Positions 50,042 through 61,900 of a stretch of DNA of 64,000 nt are shown one piece after another. The notes under the pieces were generated by a model. That model was not told the DNA's origin, made no database searches, and worked only from the letters and a program-made list of their open reading frames with translations. The stretch covers positions 18,848,001 through 18,912,000 of the forward strand of contig JBHGNT010000015.1 in assembly GCA_043228905.1 (NCBI GenBank). Direction: 5' to 3'. The DNA comes from Azolla caroliniana. Lineage: Eukaryota > Plantae > Polypodiophyta. The position numbers and the translations under genes are program-made. How positions within the stretch are numbered: the first letter of the stretch is position 1; each line of letters starts with the position of its first letter.

Positions 50042-53000
50042 CAGGCTTCCGACTATTTGTCGGAACTATGTCGGGTCACATGTCGTTCCCGATTCGGGGC
50101 GAAGCTTTACATTGTGGTTTAGAGGTGTCGAGACAGAGTTGCAATCTATCATTCCGAACTTGACGAGCATACTCAACACATAATGTCATTGGCTGATCAA
50201 TATGCATTCGGGGGTGTGAACCACTTTGATACCGAGAAATTAGTGAAGGTCCCCCAAATCCTTCATCTCAAACGATGCAACAAGTTGGGACTTTACACGG
50301 CCGATTTCTTCCAAGTCGGCATCAGCGATGACCAGGTCATCGACATAAAGTAGAATACTTACCGACCCATGTTGACCCTACCAGATGAAGGGTGAAGAAT
50401 CTGATTTCGATGTAGCAAAGCCCATCCAACACAATCTTTCCGTGATTTTTTTGTTCCAGGCTCGGGGAGCTTGCTTTAGTCTGTAGATGGACTTCTTCAA
50501 TCAGCAAACAACCGATGTATTCAACCTGGACTGAAATCTGAGAGGTTGCACCATGTACACTTGTTCCTCAAGTTCTCCTTGCAAGAATGCGTTCTTTACA
50601 TCCATTTGGTGTAAGTGCCATCCCTTGGTAGCTGCTACCACTAGCAACACTCGAACAATTGTCATTTTGGCAACCGGTGCGAACGTTTCATCGTAGTCGA
50701 TGTCGTGTTGTGACACATAGCCTTTGGCCACCAATCAGGCCTTGTATAAGTTGATAAAGTCGTCGGCGTTGTACTTGACTTTGTAGACCCACCTACACCC
50801 GATCAACTTCCACCCTTGGGGGCATCAACTAGGTCCCATATCTCGTTTTCCGCCAATGCGAGCATCTCTTCCTCCATGGTAGCATGCCAATTCGGGTCCT
50901 TTACCGCCTCTGCGTAGCTCTCCGGCTCATGTACTTCCACCACCTTCGCCATATACACATAATGATGCGCCATATAATTGTACCCATACCAAACTACGTG
51001 GTTCTTCTGGCGGGTTGATCAATGTAGTTCTTCTTTGCCGATTTCACAACCCTCTTGGCCTACTCCGACCTCATCTCCGAAGGTCCATCTTCACTTCAGG
51101 CCGCTTCGGATTCACTCTCATCCGATGCAAATGCCTTTGTGTCGTATTCTGACATTTTCATCTTTCCCTTCTACTTGTGTGTAAGTCGTCTCCTCAGCTC
51201 ATGGTGCGGGGACTGTAAGGCTGAGTCTTCACTACTCGCCGACTCCTCATCTTCTTGATTGTTCCAACCTCAATCTCTCATTCAATCCACTTACCCAAAA
51301 TGAGATCGGAATCTCTTCTAGAGTGTCGATATCTTCCTCATTCAGATGGTTGGCCTCACTGGCCTCTTCCCCATAAATTGGCTCGGAGACGGAAGGGAAT
51401 ACCAAGACACTGATTCGTCAAAGATGACATCACGACTCTCTCACACTTGCTTCAATTGGGGGTTGTAGCATTTGTACCCCTTCTGCTCGTGTATGTAGTT
51501 GACCAAAATACATTTCTCGAACTTGGCATCCAACTTCCTTTGTCTCTCGTCTGGTATATCGACATATGCAATGCTACCGAACACCCTGAGGTGCGACCCA
51601 ATAGAGTCTGGGCATGCTCTTCTCCTCTAGCATCACCTTGGCCACTTCTACTAGCATCTAGTTCCGTCTCTCGACCACGTCGTTCTGCTCCGGCGTGTAT
51701 CTACAAGAGAACTCCCTCCGGATTCCCTTTTGTTGTAGATAACTCGTGAATTAGCTAGAAAAGTACTCATTCCTGCCATCCAATCGCAGAAACTTGATTT
51801 TCCTCTCTATTTCCCTTTCAATTAAACTTTTTAGGTCTTGGAAATAGGAGAAGACTTTGCTCTTCTTCTCAATGAGGTATACCCAAGTGTGCCGACTGAA
51901 GTCATCGATGAAGGAGACGAAATATCGATTGCCGCCCATGCTCACGCAGCTTGCCGATCCCCATACATCTATGTGGATTAAGTCAAGCCGATTTTGGCTT
52001 TGATTCTTTTCCTTGGGGAATGGAAGCTTATGTTGCTTCCCAAGTTGACAAGCTTCACATATCCAAGCCTTCTGCCCACTAAACTTTGGCACTCTGGAAA
52101 CCACATGTTTCGATTGCAATTCCTGAAGCTTCTGATAGTTGATGTGGCCTATCCGCTTATGCCACATGTTGGTGTCGGATTCGACCTTTTGTCCTTTCAC
52201 GAACATCATGGCACCAACATCATTTTTTTCCAGGATAAATGTCCTCCCATCTCTGCGCCTTCGCACTATTAGTCGACCCTTGTCCTCAATGAAGCAGTTG
52301 TGGTGATTAAATCAGACTTGCATGCCCTGATTGACAATATGTTCGATAGATACCAGATTCTTTGCAATTGTCGGGACATGCAACACATTTAGCATCAAGC
52401 CTTTTTGTCCGACAGGTTTGAGCGGTACATCACCCACATGTTTGATGGGGTGCATGGTGTTGTCACCGGTTTCGACAACTCTTGGCTGTTCCGGTTTCTC
52501 CAAGCTCGAGAACCATTCGACATGGTTCATCATGTGATTTGAATCTCCGAAATCAACGTACTAGACCTCTTCTGATTGTGTGGTATGTACTCCCATCTTA
52601 TTTGCTTTGTGCTTCATTATGAGTGCAAGACCCGTTTCGCCTCGATCTCCTTTCTCTACGAGGTGTCATTGATGACACCTATCTAAATCACCTCGGCTTG
52701 ATTCAGCTCTATCCAAATCGGCGCACTTCTTCCAACACTCACTCTCTCTGTGGCCCTTCCAGCCAAAGTGCCAACAGTATGTCATGGCTTTACCTTGCCG
52801 GCTTCCGGCACCACCTTGACTCCCCCTACTCGTGGAGGGTCCGGAATTGCTATTGACATTTCTATTATGCCTCTAGTTCTGTTCTTGTCGGCAGCCTGCA
52901 TTGCGTGCCAACTTGCCTCATCCACCATGACCACGGGGCCGATCCACCTCTGTGTACAACATCTTGTTATTAGTGTGTGTACTCATTGACGCACTCGTGT

Positions 53001-53163
53001 GGTTCTCTTCAATGAGAAGCATCGATTGCAACTCAACGAAGGACAGTGTATTCTCTGTCATGCAAACCGTCGTTTGGAATTATCGGAATCTAAACACCAA
53101 CCCTCTAAAGCAAACCTGCACCATCTCATCTTCTTCGACCGTCACGTTGATAGACCCGAGCGA

Positions 53164-53274
53164 TGTTGCGTTGTTACGCGTGTGCGTGTAGAAGGACGAG
53201 ACCATGGGGATCTCGGACTAGGGAAAAAGGGGTGCCGAGAAACCGACGTCGGACGCGTTCCGGAGGCAACCGAA

Positions 53275-53336
<62 letters not shown>

Positions 53337-54805
53337 GAGGGAGAGTGTGCGCGCTACACCGACTCTTATGCACAAGAAGCAAGGGGTTGTGCTTCCGACA
53401 CCACCAAATACACCGATATGCACAAACAGACGCAAATATGTATATTACAAGGGAAAGAATACATCCCCGGCTTCGAGCCGGACCAAGGTAGGTTATGTTA
53501 CAACCACAGTCTGCCGCCAAGCCACCGTCGGGGGAGCTCTCGGGCTCGTCGCGCCGAGCGGGGTCTTGCACAAGAGCTCGAGTAGAAGTAAACCCCCACA
53601 GAACACACAAGCTCTTCACCGGGCCAAAACCCTAAACAGACACGAAGAAGAAGACCTCAAAGAACTCTAAAGTAAGAAGAAGAAGAAGATGAAGATAAAT
53701 GGAATACTAAACCTAACGGTATACCCTCCTAACTCAAAATGGGCAACCCCTCTACAAGGTACCATCCCTTCCTTTTATAGAACAAGGAGAGGGATGCGTT
53801 ACAATGTGGGATAAATCCCGACTTACATGGCATTCTCTATCCCGACTTGACTCCTACTATTCACAGGTTTATACAAGGGTGAGTGCACATGATGCACTCC
53901 GCTGATTCTCCCGATATTCTCCGATTCCGCCTAAGGACGGTTTTCTCCACGACATCCGCCCCCACCTAACCGTGCATCCACCGGCATGCGCCAAAATAGA
54001 CCCTTGCCGGAGAAGACCGGCTCGTGCTTACCCTTCGTCCTCGCTATCCAAGTCGCCTGGGTTCGGTTCATCCTCGTGCGCTTGTCTCCTCGTAGGCTCA
54101 TTCGACCCGTCGATAGGTCAATTTCCGCGATTCCGTAATACGCGTACTTCGTTGTTGGCCCCTCACTTGGCCGAATGCACGCTCCGCTATCCGCCGCAAG
54201 TCTGGGTCCTCTGCTTGAGGAGCACCCGTAACGGCCCGCTTGGCCTCAGTCCGTTGCTGCGTTAGCTTGGTCGTCATTATCGTCTGTCACTCTCAGGCTC
54301 TCGGGCCGGATGCCGGAGTCTCCAGAGTCGGTGCGTGCGAATTCCTGGCACCACCGCTTCCCTTTCGCCTGTGGGTGTCCTCTGCGTCTGAGGAATACCC
54401 GTAGTAGCCGGCTTGGCCCTCTTCCGTCTTGCGTCGTTGCCGCCGTCGGGTTGAAGCCTTTCGCTCGCCGTCGTCCCCTCGCCCCCACCAGCTTGTCATC
54501 CCGGGCTTGGCTTGCCACGCCGACTAAGCCGCCAAGATCTCCGAAGTGGGCGTGGAGGATCCTTCTCCGGCTTGTACATCTTCCCGGTTTCTGACCCGAG
54601 TAGTTCGTCACGCACCCCTTTCCGCGTTCCCGGCACCACCGCGTCCGTGCCGTCCTTTAGTCGTGCTCCGATTCGGCCCTCGATGGCCACTCGCACGATT
54701 CTTCTTCCACTCTGTGTGTGCCCTTCCCAGCTTGGCACACCACCCGTTGTCGTGCCCTTCGGCTCCGGATCGTTGCGTGAGTCAGGTGGGAACCGCCGAG
54801 GTTTT
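53164..54805 (-). mobile_element. 3' LTR, PPT and 3' internal region of a Trp-family element
   Basis: LTR 53164-53954 homologous to 8946-9699; PPT immediately after 53954; 53970-54800 homologous to ~7850-8930. Confidence 0.87.
53278..53330. repeat. (GA)n microsatellite in Trp-family LTR
   Basis: Long pure GA run. Confidence 0.9.
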
Positions 54806-57800
54806 TGACTAGGAGGAAGAGGAATACAACTTAAGGCTAGATATGAATAGTGGAAAGAGAAGTAAGATAGCAATCTCGTGAATCCCACGAGTTTAGTGTA
54901 ATTAAAACAATATTTAGATTATAAGAGCAATTAGATGGCAAAATTCGTGAATCCCACGAATATATTAGATTGATCCAACCTTGTACATTAATCAACAACC
55001 ATATACATATTTTTCTCCTCCTTATATAAAGATGGAAGAGGCTAAGCATGGCTTCATGCTTTTTCACCTAAAGTGCCCATGCACACTAAATGTGCATGTG
55101 ATGTTTTGTCATTTCCTAAATATAGGGCTCGTGCACGCTAGATGTGCATGAGTCACTTTTAATGTCACGTGTAAATAAAATATTCACACTCTAAAGAATA
55201 CATGATTTTTACCTTTTAATAAAGGTATGTGTAAATAAAGGTCTTATACGTATTAAATCTATATTTATAACACTAAAGATAAGTTATTACAATGGTAAAG
55301 TTGGGGTTTATCTACGTGGAGGTGCATGTTTCGAATCCTGCCCTATGCACGTGATAAATTCTTTTGATATATTATTTATTTATTTATATGTATCTAAATT
55401 CGGATATATTATTTTATGGTTTTCACGTAGTGTGCGGAATACACTACGACACTCGCCCCCTCCGAACCCGCACATCCTCCGGTATGTGCCAAAGTTCTCG
55501 ATTCCCCATATCCGTCTTCACCCAAAGCTTCCTCCAATTCTCCCCTTATGTCGACTATGGGTTGTAATTCACGTTCTTCGCTTCCCGCATCCCCGTGGTC
55601 TTCGTCTGATTGCTCCTCGTAGTCGGCCTTGGCTTGGATCACATAGGGTTTGTCGTCGATCCGCTTCTTGAAAATCTTCACCCGCTTCCCGGCTATAGGC
55701 ACTCGTAGTATTGTTCCATCCAACTCGGACAGTCGGTACATTCCGTTGTCGAAGACTTTCTGAACCTCGTATGGCCCGAACCACCTTTTCGCGAATTTCC
55801 GCATCGTTGTATGTTGATGGTCCAAACTACTGTCATAGACGATCACCCAGTCTCCTTCTTCAATCCTCCTCGGTCGTAGTCGATGCTTTGTGTCGAACCG
55901 GCTTTTGTTCCTTAATCGTGCTTCTTGTTGTCGGCGTATTGCTTCCGCTATGTCTGCCGGTCTTCCCTCTAGTTGTCGTATCCGGACCGCTAGTAGTTCT
56001 TCCCGGCTCATCTCTTCCTTCCACGGTAGCACTGTCCATGTTGCAATCGCGGTTTCCGTCGGCATTACCGGTGCTTGTCCGGTCATGAGTTCTGCCGGCA
56101 TGTAACCGGTTATGGAGCTATGCGTCGTCTGATCCGCCCATAGTGCATACGGAAGCATCTGCGGCCAGTCCTTCACCTTTCCATCGCATGCCTTCGCAAG
56201 TGCTTTTACGATCGGACTATGTCCTCGTTCGATTTTCCCGTTGGCCTCCGGATTGTATGCCGTTGTCAGCGATAACCGAACTCCGTGTTTGGCGAAGAAT
56301 CCCCTAGCTTTGTCCGAGTCGAGTTCTCCCCGGTCTGCAATCACTTGTCCTACGCACCCGTACCTACAAAATACTTCCTCCAAAAGAAATTGGCATACCG
56401 CGGAACATGTTTTCCTCTGAAGCGCTCGACCTTCTACTTGATTCGTGAGATCTTCCCGAGCTAATACCAAGTATTTCTTTTGTCTGATCCCGGTCGGCAT
56501 GGCCACTATGTCGACCATCCACTTGAAGTTGATTGTCGGTGAGAATGTCGGATGTAACTCATCTCGATGTCGAACCCCGGAGTAGACTTGACATTTCTCG
56601 CAGCTTTCCGTAAACTCCGCGATATCTTTGTACATTTTCTTCCACCAATATTTTTGCTTGATCTTCACAAATGTTGCCCATGTTCCTCGGTGTCCAGCCC
56701 AATCGGATTCGTGAAACTCGAACATTATCCGGTTTCGTTGCTCTTTTGTCCCGACTACTCGAAGTGGTATACCATTCGGTCTTTTCGGCGCCCTCCATAT
56801 TAATCCGTTTTCCAAGAAGAACTTTTGGACTTGCCTCTTCTTCCTTCGGATCTCGGCTCTTCTTCCTTTATCGTTTGTCGAGTCCTCGGCCTCTTGTAAC
56901 ATCTTTCCGATCATCAAACTTTCTCCCTCATATTCTTCTTCCCGAAATTCTCGGATTACGTTCACTCGGCATATGTGCTCCGACGCGAAGTAGTTTTCGG
57001 AAACTTCTTCATTATCCGATTTGGTTATGTCGTCTCCGAACCGAGCCCTTGATAAAATATCCGCTACCGCATTTTCCTTCCCCGAGATGTGTCGAACCTC
57101 CGGATTAAGCGACTTGACATATGCAACCCACCTTAGCATAGCTACATCTGGTATCGTACAACACCACATCATCCCGAGTATCGGAAGACAATCTGTCTCG
57201 ATCACCACTTCGGCTCCGATCCGATTTTATCGCCGACACGACTCCCCACAGTTCTCTTTTGACTTGTGCATATCCACGTTGCCTTTCGTTGAGAACCTTT
57301 GCTCCGAGTCGGATCGGATACCGCGAACCATCCGAGTCGGCTTGATTGATGACCCACCCGATACCGGTTGGACTTGTATCAACCGTTACTATGATCGGTC
57401 GGTCGTAGCTCGGCTTCTTAAGTGCTTCCGCCCTCCGAAGTGTCTTCTTCAATTTCTTCATGGCTTTGGTGTGTTCTGGTTTCCATTCGAATTTCTTACC
57501 TTTCCGCAACAAGTGGTAGAGCGGGTCCGCTATATGTGCATAGTGCGGAATCCATATGTGATAGAATGCACATGCACCGAGAAACCTTCGGACTTCGGAT
57601 GTTGACTCGCATACTTCCTCCATTGCTTGAATCGCATCGATCTTTGTTGGTGACGGTCTTCGGCCGTAGGGCCCACATAGATGTCCGACCACCAATATTT
57701 CTTCTTGCCCGAATGCCGATTTCTCCCCGGAAAGTGTTAGGTGCACATCTTCTAGCTTTCGCAACACTTTCTCGCAAGCATGAATATGGTCGACCACGAA

Positions 57801-58928
57801 CTTTCGGCATCCCCGATCATCCATAGTCTCATCTTTTTCTTCGACCGCGCATCCTTTCATCGGAATGTCATCGAGGAACGGCATCGTTATCTCCGGAATG
57901 CAGTCTCGAAGCACCTTGTTCATCGCGTTCATCATATGAGCAACCAAGTTTGTCGCTCCTTGTGGTAGTGTGCACATTCGGACTAATCCTATCGGTGTTC
58001 GCATGGTTGTGATGTCTCCGCTCTCCACGGCTAGTTGGAATTGGTCATACCCCGAGTATAGGTCTCCGATGGAGTATATCGCACGACCGGCAAAAGCTTC
58101 CGCAAATTCGTCCACTATCGGAACGACTCCCGAGTTCCGGATCGTGACCTTATTCACCGGTTGCAAGTCTTGGATAAATCGGAGTGACCCATTCTTCTTC
58201 AGAACCGTAAACCATCGATTTGAGTACGGAGCAGTTGATGGCTCTAGAATCCCCATCGCCACCTTCTCCTTGAGCAAGTCAATGACTTTCGGAATATGCG
58301 CTCGTGGCACCGGAATCGGCTTTAGATTCCACGGTACATGGTCAATCGTAAAGATCACCATCGGCTCCACTATTCTCGGATCGACGCATCCTATCTCCCT
58401 TGATGTAAATGCAAACGCTTTGCCGTGTTGCTCCAACATCTCACGAAACCGTTCTTCTTCTTTCTGTAATAGGAACCCACCTCCACCGATCCGAAGTTTC
58501 TTCCGGGTCTCATCCGTGAAGGCATGTCCGATATCCACGGACTTCCGAAGTGTCGGATCTCCTGAGACTTCTTTCCTCTTTTGTTCGCTATCGGCGGGTA
58601 GTGGTCCCGCGGCCGGTTTCACCTTCTTCTCCACGGTCTTGTATTTCGTACTTACCATTGCTTCTTCTTTACGGAGCGTATCCGGCTCCATTTTCGCAAT
58701 GATCTCGTACATCTCGACCGATTCCACCGGGACTACCCGGTTCCCTTTGCTTTTATCTTCCGCAAGCTCTTCAAGTCGTTGTAGCGTGCTCCCATAGAAC
58801 ACTTCCTCGACTATCCCCACGATTTCTTCATCTTCTTTTATTATTGATGCCGACCGCAACTTATCCTCCACTTGTCGGTATCCTTACTTCAATCCTCCGG
58901 TTACGGTCGTATACGTAGATGCCCCATC
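54806..58928 (-). mobile_element. Non-chromovirus Ty3/Gypsy element: 3' LTR (~54806-55451), PPT and pol; interrupted at 58929
   Basis: Minus-strand PPT GGAGGGGGCGAG then TGTCGTAG; left LTR boundary approximate. Confidence 0.85.
55409..58871 (-). pseudogene. Gypsy pol (RT-RNase H-integrase) with one frameshifting deletion near 57220
   Basis: RT (DLYSGYDQF, LPQGATN, PFLDDI), RH (VDTSPTGIG, QVKRELWG), INT (HESDWAGH..CEKC, ADRG, NGKIERGH, WFGPY); no chromodomain. Confidence 0.9.
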
Positions 58929-61900
58929 TGTTAAGCACAGTGCTCGGCCACAACCGAGGAATAGGATCAACTCACAGAAAACGGGAAATACAAAATGCAC
59001 GAAGACAATAGAGAGAAGAGTACACAGGATGTTTTACGTGGAAAACCCTAAATGGGAAAAACCACGGGAGTCCTCAAACTCCAACTATCACTATAAACAG
59101 AGATGTACAATGGTGAAGCTACAAGGCAACAACCTTGAGCTCACTGTCTTCGCCACAGGCGGCGGTAATACACAGAGGCAACGACCTCTTCGTCTCTCTC
59201 TCTCTCTCTCTCTCTCTCGGTTGCTCTCTTCACTCCCTCTAAGTGGAAAACAGAAAAATGAGCAACAACAACTAAACTGTTTGCCCTAAGTCATATTTAT
59301 ACACATATGACTTTCGGGCTATTTACAAATATAGCCTCAAGGGCCCTTGGCAAACATATTCACAAATATGTCCCCGCATCTGGATCTCTCTCCGGGTACA
59401 TTCAGCATCCGGCTCCGTAGCCGGGGTCTTCATCATCCGGATCCGTAGCCGGGTACTCTTCATCCGGCTTCATGCCGGGTACTCTTCATCCTCCGGTTCC
59501 GTAACCGCAACCGGGCTTGCCGTCATTCATCTCCGGACATCCCATCCGGAGGGACCGAAATCCCAACAAACTCCCCCTTCACTTCGGCATGGGATGTCTT
59601 TCCAGTCCGACCCTCTTCCGGCACGCTTCCAGCTTGTCGGGTGTGAGCACTTTGGTCAGCATATCTGACCCGTTCTCGTCCGTGTGGATCTTCGTCAGCA
59701 CGAACTCCTGGTCTTCTATCCTTTCCCGGATCCAGTGATATCTTCGCTGGATGTGCTTCGTCCGGGAGTGATAGGCCGCGTTCTTCGCAAGGTGGATGGC
59801 ACTCTGACTGTCGCAGTAGAGTCGGTACTCCTCTTGCCGGATACCGAGCTCTCTAATGAAGTCCTTCATCCATATTATTTCCTTGCCGGCTTCAACAGCC
59901 GCCATGTACTCCGCCTCCGTGGTTGACAACGCAACCGTCTTCTGCAGCCTCGACTGCCACGAAACAGCTCCCCCTGCATACGTCATCACATACCCTGATG
60001 TGGACCGGCTGGTATCTGCATCAGCCGACATATCCGAATCGGTAAAGCCGTCGAGTTCGGGCTTACCGGAGCCGAATCGGAGGCACACGTTTGCCGTGCC
60101 CTTCAGGTATCGGAGTATCCACTTGGCCGCGTTCCAGTGCTCTTTGCCGGGATTGCTCATGTACCGGCTCACCACTCCGACTGCATATCCTATGTCCGGT
60201 CTTGTACACACCATTGCATACATCAAGCTTCCGACGGCAGAGGCATATGGTACTTTCATCATGCCCTCCTTCTCAGCCTTTGTCTTGGGGCTTTGCTTGC
60301 TGGACAACTTGCAGTTTGCCGGGAGGGTTGACCCGACCGGTCTTGCTTCCGACATGTTGAACCGGTGAAGCACCTTTGTCACGTACTTCTCCTGTGACAG
60401 CCACAACTGCTTCTTCTTCCGGTCCCGGATGATGTGCATCCCTAGTATTTGCCTCGCCGGACCCAGGTCCTTCATTGAGAAGGTTCGGTGAAGCGCTTTC
60501 TTCAGCATCCGTATCTTGACCTGGTCCCGTCCGACGATCAACATGTCGTCCACGTACAGGAGGAGTATTAGAAAGTCTCCTCCTTCGAACTTCTTCACAA
60601 ACACGCAGTGATCGGACTGCGTTTTGTGGTACCCTTCGTCGGTCATGAAAGAGTCGAACTTCCGGTACCATTGCCGGGGAGCCTGCTTCAGTCCGTAAAG
60701 GCTCTTCTTCAACCGGCATACCAGGTGCTCCTTCCCTTTCTTCTCGAATCCTTCCGGTTGCTGCATGTAGATCTCTTCTTCGAGGTCACCGTGAAGGAAT
60801 GTCGTCTTCACGTCCATCTGTTCTACCTCGAGGTCCATGCTTGCCGCTATGCTCAGCACCGTCCGGATGGAGGTCATCTTCACTACCGGGGCAAATATCT
60901 CGTCGAAGTTGACGCCCTTCTTCTGCTGAAACCCCTTCACCACGATCTTGGCTTTGTATCTCGAGGGGTTTCCGGCATCTCCCGGTTTCAGCTTGAACAC
61001 CCACTTGTTTCGAAGTGCCCGCTTTCCTTTCGGCAACTCCACAAGTTCATATGTGTGGTTCTCATGCAGGGAATCCATCTCCTCCTGCATGGCACTTAAC
61101 CACCTGCGGCTATGGGTGTCAAGCTTTGCTTCTTCAAAACTCTCCGGCTCCCCCTCGTCGGTTAGCAGCACGTGCTCTGGTTCCGGAAATCTCCGGGGGG
61201 GCCTTCTTTCTCTTAGAGGATATCTCCGTTCCGGAGCTTCGGTAACCGGCTCCTCCGTTTCTTCTTCATCCGAATCCATTTCGGGATCGGGGCCGGTTCC
61301 GGTATCAGTTTCATCTTCCTCGGCCGGTTCTGTTTCTTCACCGTCTTCGGCCGGATCCTCGAGTGCTAACCGGTCCCTTGCCGGTCGGGACTGCTCCTCG
61401 TAGAGTTGATCCTCACCGGTCGACTTGGAGCTCTTCATCTTCTTCTCCGACTCCCAGTCGGCGAGTGTCTTGTCCTCCATGAAGATGATATCACGACTCC
61501 GGAATATCCTTTTGTCGACCGGGTCCCATACTCGGTAGCCGAACTCGTCATCGCCGTAACCGAGGAATATGCATGGCCGGGTCTTTGGATCTAGCTTTCC
61601 TCTCCAGTCCTTTGCCACATGCACATATGCGAGACACCCGAACACCTTCAGATGCCGGTAGGATACTTTCCTACCGGTCCACACTCTCTGCGGCGTGTCT
61701 CCGTCCAAAGGTACTGAGGGTGATCTGTTTATCACGTATGTCGCCGTTGACATTGCCTCAGCCCAAAACCCCTTGGGTAATTTTGCATGTGCCAGCATAC
61801 TCCGGACCCTCTCCATTATGGTCCGGTTCATCCTCTCGGCCAGCCCGTTCAGTTCCGGCGTCTTCGGCACAGTAAACTCGAGCCGGATTCCCTTCGAGCG

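Larger units (their letters stand above)
43438..53163 (-). mobile_element. Ty1/Copia element D, decayed, carrying several nested insertions; 5' part beyond the 53164 insertion
   Basis: 3' LTR ~43438-43883, PPT rc CTCCCCCTCAAGCTCAA 43884-43900; RH 48000-48800, RT 50055-50900, INT 51450-52270, PR/gag to 53163; homologous to Copia C. Confidence 0.87.
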
